Below, in pieces: positions 20,128 through 32,163 of a DNA stretch of 64,000 nucleotides. The notes under the pieces are model-generated. The model saw only the letters and a list, made by a program, of their open reading frames with translations, ran no database searches and was not told where the DNA came from. Source of the stretch: Deinococcales bacterium (GTDB taxonomy: Bacteria > Deinococcota > Deinococci > Deinococcales > Trueperaceae); assembly GCA_012515535.1 (NCBI GenBank), contig JAAYYF010000147.1:782-64781 (forward strand), written 5' to 3'. The position numbers and the translations under genes were made by a program. Each line of letters begins with the position of its first letter. Position 1 is the stretch's first letter.

Positions 20128-20143
20128 GCTAGGGAGGAGCCAC

Positions 20144-21697
<1,554 letters not shown>

Positions 21698-21717
21698 GGG
21701 AACGGCCCCTACTTGGC

Positions 21718-21747
21718 GGGGCACGCCGGAGCATGCCGGCGCGCCCC
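21718..21747. terminator. Hairpin between convergent leuA and kinase genes
   Basis: 12-bp stem GGGGCACGCCGG / CCGGCGCGCCCC (one mismatch) with a 6-nt loop. Confidence 0.5.
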
Positions 21748-21784
21748 GTCGCGCTGCTTGGCGGGCGCCGACGCGCGGCCGGCC

Positions 21785-23635
21785 TCAGCCGTAGGCGGCC
21801 ACCGTGCCGTCGAGCGCCGCCACCACCACGCCGTCCCCGAGCGGGAGGGGGCTGGCCTGGATGGCGGCGTTCGCCACCCGGTCGGTGAGCAGCACGCGGC
21901 CGCTGCGGGCGTCGAGCACGATCAGGTCGCCGCCCTCGGTGCCCACGTAGAGGTTGCCGGCCGCCACCACCGGCGTGGCGGTCACGGGGGCGGGCAACGG
22001 GCGCGTCCAGACGTCGTCACCGCTCTTGAGCGACAGGGCGTGGAGGCGCTGGCCCCACGACACCACGTAGACGTACTCGCGCCACACCACCGGGGTGCTC
22101 CACTGCTCGCCCTCGAGGTCGTAGCTCCACGCCACCTCGCGCTTGGCGAGGTCGAAGGCGTGCACCTCGCCCTCGCGCGCCGGGATCAGCAGCAGCCCCG
22201 CCGCCGCCGAGGGCGGCGCCGCCATGGGTCCCACCTCCACCTTGAAGGTGTGGGCGCCCTCGGCCAAGCGCACGGCGTGCAGCCAGCCGTCGCGGGTGGG
22301 CACCAGCGCCAGGCCGGCGTGCACCGTGGGCGCGGTGGCCGCCTGCGAGCCGAGGGGCACGCGCCACGCCTCGCTGCCGTCGGGGCGCCACAGCGCCACG
22401 GCGTCGCCGCACGCCACCACCACGTCGGCGCCGAACGGCGCCACCCCCACCACGTCGTCGTCCAGGCGCTCCCAGGCGACGCCGCCGCCGGGCCAGTCGA
22501 GGGCGCGCAGGGCGCCGTCGCGGCTTACGAGGTAGAGGCGGTCGCCTAGCGCCAGGGGCGGCTGGCTGGCCTCGTCGTGCAGCTCGAACACGGCCTGCAG
22601 GCCGCCGTCGGCGGGGCGGATCACCGCCAGCGCGTCGGAGCGCAGGCCGCCCAGCACGAAGCCGTTCGAGGCCGCCAGCCCCGAGGGGAACTGCGGGCCC
22701 TCCTCGAGCGCCAGCGTCCAGCGCCGCTGCAGCGCGGCCGGGTTCGGCGGGCCGTAGGGGTAGGCGCCGGTGCGCCCCGGGCCCGCTAGCGCCACCTGGG
22801 TGGCGCTAGCCAGCGCCTCGGCGCGCACCGCGCGTAGCGCGTCGGCCACCGCCCAGCCCGAGGTGGGGCGCTTGGCGGGGTCCTTCTGCAGGAGCGCCAG
22901 GATGAGGCGCTCGAGGGCGGGCGGCACCTGCGGGTTGAGCTCGCGCGGCGGCGTGACGCTGCCGTAGACGTGCTGGTACAGCACCGCCTGGTCGTTGTCG
23001 GCGTCGAAGGCCGTCACCCCGGTCACGGTGCGGTAGAGCACCGCGCCGAAGGCGTACAGGTCGGTGGCGGCGCCGGTGGGCTCGCCGGTGGCCTGCTCGG
23101 GCGCCATGTACTGCGGCGTGCCGAGCGTGAAGCCGGTGCGGGTGAGGGCGCGCGACGTCTCGGTGAGCTGCACCAGCCCGAAGTCCATCACCTTGGGGGT
23201 GCCCTGGGGCGTGACGAGGATGTTGCGCGGCGTGAGGTCGCGGTGCACCATGCCGAGGCGGTGCACGTAGCCCAGCGCCTCGGCCACCACGATGGCGGCG
23301 CCCAGCAGGCGCCCGAGGCACTCGGGGTCGCTCTCGTAGGGGCCCAGGTGGGTGATCGGCCCGCCCTCGATCAGCTCCATGGCGAAGTAGACGTGCTCGC
23401 CGAGCCCCAGGTCGTAGATCGCCACGATGCCGGGGTGGTTGAGGCGCGCCAGGGCGCGGATCTCGCGCCGGAAGCGTTCGCTGTCGGCCTCCGTCAGGTG
23501 GGGCCTGAGGACCTTGAGGGCGACGGTGCGCTCGAGGTGGTTGTCGCGCGCACGGAACACGTGGGCCATGCCGCCCACGCCCAGGGGGCCCAGCACCTCG
23601 TAGCGGTCGTCGACCAGCTCCCCGGTCTCGAACAT
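21785..23635 (-). CDS. Hanks-type Ser/Thr protein kinase with C-terminal PQQ-like beta-propeller repeats
   Basis: GxGxxG (GPLGVGGMAHV), VALK, HRDLTPRNILV, DFGL, APE. The C-terminal ~330 aa contains repeated PQQ/BamB-like blades. No TM segment seen. Confidence 0.9.
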   Translation of the reverse strand: MFETGELVDDRYEVLGPLGVGGMAHVFRARDNHLERTVALKVLRPHLTEADSERFRREIRALARLNHPGIVAIYDLGLGEHVYFAMELIEGGPITHLGPYESDPECLGRLLGAAIVVAEALGYVHRLGMVHRDLTPRNILVTPQGTPKVMDFGLVQLTETSRALTRTGFTLGTPQYMAPEQATGEPTGAATDLYAFGAVLYRTVTGVTAFDADNDQAVLYQHVYGSVTPPRELNPQVPPALERLILALLQKDPAKRPTSGWAVADALRAVRAEALASATQVALAGPGRTGAYPYGPPNPAALQRRWTLALEEGPQFPSGLAASNGFVLGGLRSDALAVIRPADGGLQAVFELHDEASQPPLALGDRLYLVSRDGALRALDWPGGGVAWERLDDDVVGVAPFGADVVVACGDAVALWRPDGSEAWRVPLGSQAATAPTVHAGLALVPTRDGWLHAVRLAEGAHTFKVEVGPMAAPPSAAAGLLLIPAREGEVHAFDLAKREVAWSYDLEGEQWSTPVVWREYVYVVSWGQRLHALSLKSGDDVWTRPLPAPVTATPVVAAGNLYVGTEGGDLIVLDARSGRVLLTDRVANAAIQASPLPLGDGVVVAALDGTVAAYG

Positions 23636-23644
23636 CCGTGGGCG

Positions 23645-23914
23645 TTAGCCGTCGTAGAGGGTCTTGAGGAGCTCGGGGTCGAGGTCGCCCTCCTCGACGG
23701 CCCGGTTGAGCATCTCGATCCCGAGGCGCACGACCTCGGACTTGGACACCAGGCGTTCGGTGTTCGAGAGCTGGTAGGCGGTCTTGGTGAGGAGCGAGTC
23801 CTGCTCCTCGGTGATCACGACCTGAAGCCGCTTGCTCTTCTCGCGCTTCGGCACCGCTTCTCCTTCCATGGCCCGGCCGCCCGCCAGGGGGGCGCCGGGG
23901 CGTGTGAACCTCAT
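23645..23914 (-). CDS. Ribbon-helix-helix (CopG/Arc-like) protein
   Basis: KRLQVVITEEQDSLLTKTAYQLS...SKSEVVRLGIEMLNRAV fits a strand-helix-helix pattern. Ends 9 nt before the kinase ATG. Alternative start ATG 23869 (74 aa). Confidence 0.6.
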   Translation of the reverse strand: MRFTRPGAPLAGGRAMEGEAVPKREKSKRLQVVITEEQDSLLTKTAYQLSNTERLVSKSEVVRLGIEMLNRAVEEGDLDPELLKTLYDG

Positions 23915-23922
23915 CTTGCTCG

Positions 23923-23931
23923 ACTATAGCA
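23923..23931 (-). promoter_or_regulatory. Extended -10 promoter (TGcTATAGT) for the RHH/kinase unit, leaderless
   Basis: Minus strand reads TGcTATAGT, then 8 nt (cgagcaag), then ATG 23914. No SD. Confidence 0.5.
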
Positions 23932-23945
23932 GCGTGTGCAACTCC

Positions 23946-23974
23946 TTGACTCGCGTCATCAACACGCTTACACT
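23946..23974 (+). promoter_or_regulatory. Sigma-70-type promoter for the murA leader
   Basis: TTGACT (23946-23951), 17-nt spacer, TACACT (23969-23974). Divergent from the RHH promoter. About 135 nt upstream of the murA ATG. Confidence 0.55.
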
Positions 23975-24115
23975 ACCACGGAGGGTGATGTGTAAGTTAC
24001 TCACCATGTGGTATCCCTTACTTCCACCATCGCCCTCACCGCAGGCGCCGCCGAGAGCGCTATCCTGCGGCGGTAGCGGCGCCACGCCGCCACTTTCCAC
24101 GAGCGAGGGAGCTGG

Positions 24116-25411
<1,296 letters not shown>

Positions 25412-25468
25412 GCCCGCTGACGGTCCTCAGCTAGCTACCCGGAACCCGTACCGGTGACGCCGGCGGCG

Positions 25469-27058
25469 TCAGAGCTCCTCTGGCTCCGCCGGCGTCACCG
25501 TCTTGCGGCCGCGCGAGCCGGGGTGCCAGAAGCTCTCGTCGCCCTCGACGGCGCCGTCCCCGAACCCCAGCTCCGGCTCGTCGGCGAGGAAGGTCTCCTC
25601 GACGCTGGTGGAGAGCGCCCGCGCCTCGAGGGGCTCGGACGTGGCAGCGGGATCGGTGCCGGGAGAGGCGTCCGGCTCGGCGCCACCCGTGGCGCCCAGC
25701 TCGGCGCCGGGCGCCGCCGGCACCCCTAGGGTCGGCCCGGCAGCGGCTGCCGCGTCCGGGTCGACGTGCGCCTCGTCGCCCGGGTCGGTGGGCAGCTCCT
25801 CGCTCGGCGCCTCGGTGGGCTCCTCGAGCGGTAGCTGATCGCTCGGCGCGTGGCGCGGCTCCTCGCGCGGCCCGTCCTCCGACGGCACGCGCGTGGGCTC
25901 CTCGCCGGGCGCCCGGTCCGGGCCGGCCGGCGGCGCGTCGCGCGGCTCGTCCGCCGGCTCGCGCTCGTCGCGCTCGTGCGCGTCGCCGGCGGGCGGCTCG
26001 ACGACCGCGACCTCGCCCTCGCCGCCCGCGCCCGCGTCGTCCGCGCCGGGCAGGCGCGCCACGCGCCCGCGCATCACCAGCCCGATCAGGGCCAAGGCCA
26101 CGCCGCCGATCATCATCCAGAGCCACGGCGACAGCGGCAGCGACATCCCCGGCTCGCGCGGCGGCAGGGGCAGCACACCGCGCCTGAGCGCGTCGGCCTG
26201 GGCGTCGGCGTCGGACGCCAGCAGGTCGATCACCGGCGTCACCTGCGCCGAGCCCGAGAAGGCCCAGGGCGAGGGGGCGTCGGCCAGGCGCCGCCAGCCG
26301 TCGGTCGAGAACGGGTCGTGCACGCCGGTCATGGCGTAGAGGTCGACGTGGCTCTCGGGGTCGAGGCTCCACGGCAGGCGGATCTCCAGCACGTTGCCGC
26401 GGCGGTCGACGGTCAGGGGCACGTAGAGCAGCTCCTCGGGCGCCGGGGCGGCCTCCTGCGTGGCCCCCGGCGCGGCGCCGTCGCCCGCGGCCGTTGGCGC
26501 TGCTTCCGGGTCCGCCGGCAGCGTGACGGGCTCGGCGCTCGGCAGCCGGGCGGCCGCTTCGGGCGCCGCCGCGCCGCTGCCCACGTAGCTGACGCCCTGC
26601 GCTCCCGCCGCCGAGAGGCGCACGGCGTGGTCCCAACCGACGCCCAGCGGCATCAGCATGTCGGGCCCGCTCAGGGTGCGGGTGGCGCCGCCGGCGGCGG
26701 TGTCGAGGTAGACGTCGATCACCGCCAGCAGGCCGCTGACGTCGAACGGCTCCAGCCCCGGCTCCCGCGTGGCCGCGGCCTGCTCGGCGACGGCGGTGGG
26801 GCCGTCCTCGGGCGCGGCGGCGTCCGGCGCAGGAGCGGCGCTGGGCTGCGGGGCGGTGGCGCTCAGGGCGCCCATGGTGACCTTCAGCACCGCCACGCCG
26901 CCCTCGCTCACCTCCAGCTCGACGGCCTGCAGGTCGAACAGCGCCGAGTTGGCGTAGATGGGGGAGGTCGGCGGGTTCAGCGTGCCGTCGCCGATGGCGT
27001 CGCCGGTGGGGTCGGTGAGGGTCAGGCTCAGCAGCGCGAGGACGGTGGCGAGGTTCAC
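25469..27058 (-). CDS. Membrane protein: glucodextranase-C (SLH-like) type ectodomain, one TM, acidic Pro/Glu-rich tail
   Basis: DPTGDAIGDGTLNPPTSPIYANSALFDLQAVEL and IDVYLDT...GWDHAVRL resemble the glucodextranase C-terminal binding module. TM LSPWLWMMIGGVALALIGLVM. GTG 27058 overlaps the yvcK stop. Confidence 0.7.
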   Translation of the reverse strand: MNLATVLALLSLTLTDPTGDAIGDGTLNPPTSPIYANSALFDLQAVELEVSEGGVAVLKVTMGALSATAPQPSAAPAPDAAAPEDGPTAVAEQAAATREPGLEPFDVSGLLAVIDVYLDTAAGGATRTLSGPDMLMPLGVGWDHAVRLSAAGAQGVSYVGSGAAAPEAAARLPSAEPVTLPADPEAAPTAAGDGAAPGATQEAAPAPEELLYVPLTVDRRGNVLEIRLPWSLDPESHVDLYAMTGVHDPFSTDGWRRLADAPSPWAFSGSAQVTPVIDLLASDADAQADALRRGVLPLPPREPGMSLPLSPWLWMMIGGVALALIGLVMRGRVARLPGADDAGAGGEGEVAVVEPPAGDAHERDEREPADEPRDAPPAGPDRAPGEEPTRVPSEDGPREEPRHAPSDQLPLEEPTEAPSEELPTDPGDEAHVDPDAAAAAGPTLGVPAAPGAELGATGGAEPDASPGTDPAATSEPLEARALSTSVEETFLADEPELGFGDGAVEGDESFWHPGSRGRKTVTPAEPEEL

Positions 27059-28428
27059 GACAGCGCCGCCTCCGGCCGGCGGACCGCGCCCGCGCGGGCG
27101 TCGGCGGTGGCGCTGGCGAGCTCGGTGAGGACCGCCGCCAGCTGGTCGGAGTCGTGCTGCGCGAAGGCGCCGCGTCCGACCAGCGGCCGTTCCAGCACGG
27201 CGATGCCGGCCTCCTGGAAGCGCTCGCGGGCGCCCGCCACCAGCTCGGCGCCCTCGGAGCGGTAGTTCTCGAGCCGCGCTGGGTCCACGGGGGCCGAGTT
27301 TATCAGCACCGTGTCGGGCTTGCGCACGCCGTGGCGCATCAACGCGGCCACGTGGTCGAAGGCGTCGAAGCCGTCCGTCTCGCCCGCCTCGGTCATGATG
27401 TTGGCCACGTACACGAGGCGGGCGCGGCTGCGGTTCAGGGCCTCCTGGATCGACGGCACCAGCAGCGGCGGGATGGTGCTGGAGAAGAGGCTGCCGGGGC
27501 CCAGCACGATCAGGTCGGCCTCCAGCAGCGCGATGGTCACCTCGGGCAGCCCGTGCGGCGCCTCGGGCACCGTGCGCACCGAGGCCACGGCGCCGGGCAG
27601 CTGCCGGAGCTGCTCCTCGCCCTCGACCTCCTCGCCGCTCGCCTTGGTGACCAGCAGGTTCACCGGCTGCGCGGCGGCGGGGTAGACCGCCCCCGACAGG
27701 TCGAGCAGGCGGTTGATGACCTTGAGCGCGCGCGCGAAGTCGCCCTCCACCTCGGTGAGGGTGGTGATCAGGAGGTTGCCGAAGGTGTGGCCCCGGAGCT
27801 CGCGCCCGCGCGTGAAGCGGTACTGCAGCAGGCTCGCCAGCTCCGACTCGTTGTCGGACAGCGCCGCCAGGCAGTCGGTGAGGTCGCCGGGGGCGGGCAT
27901 GTCGAACTCGGCGCGCAGGCGCCCCGAGGAGCCACCGTTGTCGCTCACGGCCACCACCGCGGTGAGGTTCGAGGTGTGGGCGCGCAGGCCGCGCAGCAGG
28001 TTCGACAGCCCGCTACCGCCGCCGAGCGCCACCACCCGCGGCCCCCGCGCCAGCTGCAGGCGGCGGTTCAGGAGCCGCGCGGCGTCGCCGGGGTGCGGCA
28101 GCCAGTTCGACAGCAGCGAGCGGTTGAGGCTCGCTACCGCCGTCACGCTCACCACCACGCCCAGCAGCGCCAGCAGGAGCGACACCCAGGCGCCCAGGCG
28201 GTACCAGTCGGTGCTGGTGAGCAGCTGCTCGATGGGCTCGGAGATCGCGCTGCGCTCCTCGCCGAAGCTCCACAGCGCCAGGCCCACGGCGCCCAGCACC
28301 AGCAGCAGCGCCCCCAACACCGCCAGCGCCACGTAGCGCTTGACGCCCATGCCCGGCGTGAGCCACAGCCGCCAGGTGCCGAGGCGCCTGAGCTGGGCGC
28401 CGACCCCCGAGCGCCCGTCGAGGTTCAC
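27055..28428 (-). CDS. yvcK: YvcK/CofD-family protein (gluconeogenesis factor) with an N-terminal two-TM extension
   Basis: VVALGGGSGLSNLLRGL...VVAVSDNGGSSGRLR...GDLTDCL is the UPF0052/CofD signature. The first ~110 aa carry two hydrophobic helices. GTG 28428 overlaps the rapZ stop (GTGA). Alternative start at MGVKRYV. Confidence 0.85.
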   Translation of the reverse strand: MNLDGRSGVGAQLRRLGTWRLWLTPGMGVKRYVALAVLGALLLVLGAVGLALWSFGEERSAISEPIEQLLTSTDWYRLGAWVSLLLALLGVVVSVTAVASLNRSLLSNWLPHPGDAARLLNRRLQLARGPRVVALGGGSGLSNLLRGLRAHTSNLTAVVAVSDNGGSSGRLRAEFDMPAPGDLTDCLAALSDNESELASLLQYRFTRGRELRGHTFGNLLITTLTEVEGDFARALKVINRLLDLSGAVYPAAAQPVNLLVTKASGEEVEGEEQLRQLPGAVASVRTVPEAPHGLPEVTIALLEADLIVLGPGSLFSSTIPPLLVPSIQEALNRSRARLVYVANIMTEAGETDGFDAFDHVAALMRHGVRKPDTVLINSAPVDPARLENYRSEGAELVAGARERFQEAGIAVLERPLVGRGAFAQHDSDQLAAVLTELASATADARAGAVRRPEAALS

Positions 28429-29312
28429 TCGTCGGCCCCCACCACGTGCTCGCGCAGGGCGGCCGACAGGTCGCGGTGCTGGACCTGGGTGCGGTAGGCG
28501 CCCGCCAGGTCGTGGCTCAGGCGCTCGACCACCGCCACCGAGCGGTGCTGGCCGCCGGTGCAGCCCACCGCCACGCTGTAGTGGCTGCGGCCGCCGCTCT
28601 CGGCCAGGTAGGCGAGCGAGCGCACCAGCATGCGCATCTGGTGGTAGAGCTCGAGCGCCTCGGGGGAGAAGACGTGCCGCTGCACGTCGGTGTCGGTGCC
28701 CGGCAGCGGCCGCAGCGCCTCGTCGTAGAAGGGGTTGGGCATGCCGCGCACGTCGAGCACGGTGTCGACGTCGGTGGGGATGCCGCGTTTGAAGCCGAAC
28801 GACACCAGCCGTAGCAGCAGGCCGCGCCCCTCCGCGAAGCGGTCCCACAGCAGCTGCGTCAGCTCGCGCGCGCTCGTGGTGGTGGTGTCGATCACGTCGT
28901 CGGCGAGCTCGCGCAGCGGCTGCAGCACGCGCCGCTCGGCGGCGAGGTCGGCCGACAGCGTGCCGGCCGCCACCGGGTGGGCGCGGCGCGTGAAGTTGTA
29001 GCGCTTGACCAGCACCTCGTCGGAGGCGTCGAGGAACAGGAGCGTGGGGCGGTGGCCGAGGCGCTCCAGCTCGGCGAGGGCCGCCGGCGCCTCCTCGATG
29101 AAGGCGCGCGTGCGGATGTCGATCGAGACGCACAGGCCCTTGGCCTCCGCCGGCATGCCCTCCACCAGCGCCAGCCACAGGGCGGGCGGGAGGTTGTCGA
29201 CGGTGTAGAAGCCGATGTCCTCGAGGGCGTGCAGCGCGGTGGTCTTGCCCGACCCGCTCACGCCGGTGAGGACGACCAGCGGTGCGCTCGCGCTCGGTCC
29301 TTCCTCGCTCAT
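28425..29312 (-). CDS. rapZ: RNase adapter / nucleotide-binding protein RapZ (YvcJ)
   Basis: P-loop LTGVSGSGKTTAL, then DNLP and C-terminal VAVGCTGGQHRSV. Confidence 0.9.
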   Translation of the reverse strand: MSEEGPSASAPLVVLTGVSGSGKTTALHALEDIGFYTVDNLPPALWLALVEGMPAEAKGLCVSIDIRTRAFIEEAPAALAELERLGHRPTLLFLDASDEVLVKRYNFTRRAHPVAAGTLSADLAAERRVLQPLRELADDVIDTTTTSARELTQLLWDRFAEGRGLLLRLVSFGFKRGIPTDVDTVLDVRGMPNPFYDEALRPLPGTDTDVQRHVFSPEALELYHQMRMLVRSLAYLAESGGRSHYSVAVGCTGGQHRSVAVVERLSHDLAGAYRTQVQHRDLSAALREHVVGADE

Positions 29313-29998
29313 GGTTCCCTCATGGGCTCCAGGCTACACGCTACGAGCGCGTCCCCTAGTTCCGTTATCGCCACGCGCCCGACGCTGGCCAGGAGCCGGC
29401 CGGGGCAGAGCACCAGCCCGCCGCCGGGCGTCTCCTGCCGCACCAGCAGCGCGCCGCCCACCTGCGCCTGCGAGAAGCGTTCGCTGGCCAGGGCCGCGTC
29501 GAGCGCGGGCAGCGGCTCGCCGTCCTGCAGCACGCGCCAGCGCTCGCCGGTGTGGACCACGTGCGCCTCCAGCCCCGCCACCTGCACCTGGAAGGCAGGC
29601 ACGGCGCCGGCGCGCGTGACGGCGTCCCAGGAGGAGGGCTTGAGGAAGCCGACCACCATGTCGACGCACCCCTGGGTGGGCGCGCCGGGGGTGAGCTCGA
29701 CCGGCACCGCCGTCTCGGTAACGCGCCCGCGCAGGGCGTCGGCCATCGCCTCGGCGGCCTCGCGCGAGGTGAAGCAGCCCACGCGGACGCGCACGAACTG
29801 CAGGCCGGAGTCCATGGCGAACTCGGTGTAGGCGTCGAAGCCGTGGCGCTTCAGCGAGTCGGTGGTGCCCTGCGCCTCGCGCAGATCGCGCAGCGCCACG
29901 GTCTGCACCGACCACCAGCCCGCCCCTTGCGCCTGAGCGCGCTGCGGCCACGCGCCCGCGGCCGCCAGCAGCACCACCGCTGCGAGCAGTCTCAGCAC
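29309..29998 (-). CDS. Secreted SPOR-domain protein
   Basis: Signal peptide MLRLLAAVVLLAAAGAWPQRAQA. The SPOR-like unit WSVQTVALRDLREAQGTTDSLKRHGFDAYTEF...FVRVRVGCFTSREAAEAMADAL follows. The stop overlaps the rapZ ATG (ATGA). Confidence 0.7.
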   Translation of the reverse strand: MLRLLAAVVLLAAAGAWPQRAQAQGAGWWSVQTVALRDLREAQGTTDSLKRHGFDAYTEFAMDSGLQFVRVRVGCFTSREAAEAMADALRGRVTETAVPVELTPGAPTQGCVDMVVGFLKPSSWDAVTRAGAVPAFQVQVAGLEAHVVHTGERWRVLQDGEPLPALDAALASERFSQAQVGGALLVRQETPGGGLVLCPGRLLASVGRVAITELGDALVACSLEPMREP

Positions 29999-30007
29999 GG
30001 TGTCGCC

Positions 30008-32158
30008 CTAGCGCTGGCCGAGGCGCTCGCGCACGTCCTCGATCAGGGTCTCGGCGGTGGGGCTGAGCCCGGGATCGAGGCGGCCGGCCTCCGCGAACGC
30101 GGCGATGGCGTCCTCGTAGCGCTGCACGGCGTAGTAGGCCACGCCGAGGTTCAGGTGCGCCTGGGCGTTCTCCGGGTTGGCCGCGATGGCGCGCCGCAGG
30201 CTGTCGAGCGCCAGGTCGAAGCGCCCCACCTCCAGCTGCGCGTAGCCGAGGTTGTTCAGCACGATGTCGCTGTCGGGGAAGCTCTCGAGCGCCACGCCGT
30301 AGTCGGCCAGCGCCCCGCGCGGGTCGCCGGCCAGCTGGCGCGCGTAGCCCTGGTAGAAGGCGCCGAGGCCGGTCTCCTGCGCGGCGCGCGAGCGCCCGAA
30401 GGCGTCGACGGCGGCGACGAAGTCGTTGACGTCGAGGGCGTAGAGGCCCTGCTGGAACGCCACGCCCGCCTCCTCGTTGAAGGTCACGTCGCCGCCGGTG
30501 AGCTCGCGCTGCTGGCGCAGGAGCTCGAGGCTGCGGCCGGCGAGCTGGCTCTCGGGGTCGAGCTCGAGCGCGCGCTCGAGCACCGTCTCGCCCTGCTCGA
30601 GGCGCCCGAGGCGCATCAGCGCGGTGCCGTAGAGCGCCTGCAGGTGGGCGTCCTCCGGCTCCTCGGCGACCAGCTGCTCGAGGAGCGCCAGCGCGCCGGC
30701 GGCGCGGCCCGAGGCGAGGTAGAGCTCGGCGAGCGTGCGGTCGACGTCGGCGCCCTGGCCGCGCAGCGCCTCGACGGTGCGGCGCGCGCCCTCGAGGTCG
30801 CCGCGCTGCGCCTGCACCACGGCGAGCAGGTTGGCGACCGCCACGCTGTTCGGGTTCTGGGTGTAGAGCGGCCCCAGCAGCCCCTCGGCGCCGGCCAGGT
30901 CGCCGCTCTGCAGCAGGCGCTCGGCCTGGGCCAGCTTGAGGTCGACGCTGTCGGGGTAGAGCTCGCGCCCCTCGGCCAGCAGCGCCTCGGCGGCGGCCGC
31001 CTGCGAGGCGGGCAGCAGCCGGGCGAGGGCGTACATGGAGGCCGAGCGCGCCACGGGGTCGGCCACGGTCTGGCTCAGGTAGGTGGCGGCGCCGGCGGCG
31101 TCGTTGGCGTCGAGCAGGCGCCGCATGACGCTGCCGCGCAGCAGCACCGACTCAGGCGAGTGGCTCTCGGCGCGGCGCAGCACCTGCAGGGCGCGCTGGG
31201 CGTTCTGTTGACGGCCGGCGAGGCGCACGTAGGCGTCGACGAAGCGCGGGTAGGCGGCGATGGCCGCCTCCAGGTCGGCGGTGGGATCGGTATCGGTGGC
31301 GCCGGTGCGCACGCTCACGGCGGCGCGGCCGGCCAGCGCCACGGCGTGCGCCGGGTTCACGGCCAGCGCGCGCTCGAACGCCTCCAGCGCGCCCTCCGCG
31401 CCGGCGGCGTCGAGCACCACGCCCACGAGCGCCTGCACCTCGGCGTCGGAGGGGGCCAGCTCGGCGGCGCGGCGCGCCTGCGTCACGGCCTCCTCGAGCT
31501 CGCCGGCGAGCGCCAGGGCGCGCGCGTACTCGGCCACCACCCAGGCGGAGCCGGCGTCGAGCTGCGCGGCGGTGTTCAGGTCGGCCACGCGCGCGCCCGG
31601 CAGCCCGGAGGCGGCCAGGCCGGTGGGGCTCAGGCTCGGCACCGAGGGGGTCTGCTCGGCGGCCACGCGCACGCTGGCCAGCGCGTCGGCGCTCGCCTGC
31701 GGGCGCACCGCGCGGGCGACCGCCTCGGCGGCCGCCACGGCCAGGGCGGCCGGGTCGGCGCCGCTCACCTGGTGGGGCGTGACCGCCCCGCCGAGCGCGA
31801 CGTTGATGTCGGCCACCACGCCCCCACCGCCGGTGGTCACGCGCCCGGTGACGACCGCGTCGGCGTCGAACAGGCGCCCGAGCAGCGCCTGCACGTCCTG
31901 CCCCGAGTCGGTGGCCTTGTTGGCCACCAGGGCGGCGTCGCCCACCGGCGGCACGTACAGCCCTGGGAGCTGGTTCAGCGCGTGCTGCAGCGCGGTGGGG
32001 AGGCCCAGCTGGTAGCTGGACACGGCGGCGTCGGTGTCGAACGGCAGGATGACGACGCGGGTGGGCTCGCTGGCGCCCTGCGCGAGGGCGGCGCCCGGTA
32101 GGGCGGAGACGATGGCGAGCAGCGCGAACAGGAAGGGGAAGCGGCGCCTGAGCATCAT
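30008..32158 (-). CDS. Secreted tetratricopeptide-repeat protein
   Basis: Signal peptide MMLRRRFPFLFALLAIVSALPGAALA. About 100-aa N-terminal VVILPFD... domain, then many TPR units (e.g. NAQAHLNLGVAYYAVQRYEDAIAAFAEAGRLDP). Confidence 0.85.
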   Translation of the reverse strand: MMLRRRFPFLFALLAIVSALPGAALAQGASEPTRVVILPFDTDAAVSSYQLGLPTALQHALNQLPGLYVPPVGDAALVANKATDSGQDVQALLGRLFDADAVVTGRVTTGGGGVVADINVALGGAVTPHQVSGADPAALAVAAAEAVARAVRPQASADALASVRVAAEQTPSVPSLSPTGLAASGLPGARVADLNTAAQLDAGSAWVVAEYARALALAGELEEAVTQARRAAELAPSDAEVQALVGVVLDAAGAEGALEAFERALAVNPAHAVALAGRAAVSVRTGATDTDPTADLEAAIAAYPRFVDAYVRLAGRQQNAQRALQVLRRAESHSPESVLLRGSVMRRLLDANDAAGAATYLSQTVADPVARSASMYALARLLPASQAAAAEALLAEGRELYPDSVDLKLAQAERLLQSGDLAGAEGLLGPLYTQNPNSVAVANLLAVVQAQRGDLEGARRTVEALRGQGADVDRTLAELYLASGRAAGALALLEQLVAEEPEDAHLQALYGTALMRLGRLEQGETVLERALELDPESQLAGRSLELLRQQRELTGGDVTFNEEAGVAFQQGLYALDVNDFVAAVDAFGRSRAAQETGLGAFYQGYARQLAGDPRGALADYGVALESFPDSDIVLNNLGYAQLEVGRFDLALDSLRRAIAANPENAQAHLNLGVAYYAVQRYEDAIAAFAEAGRLDPGLSPTAETLIEDVRERLGQR

Positions 32159-32163
32159 CGCGG

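Noticed and set aside
29552-32101. 849-aa plus-strand ORF antisense to the TPR gene; similar giants at 2226..3665(-), 5849..7195(-), 5914..8301(+ first part), 40536..42287(+), 42032..43759(-), 49487..51247(+), 37362..39857(-), 60653..62167(-)
   Set aside because: Each overlaps a gene with clear family motifs in another frame or strand. The products are Arg/Ala/Gly/Pro/His-rich and repetitive. None has an SD or promoter context.
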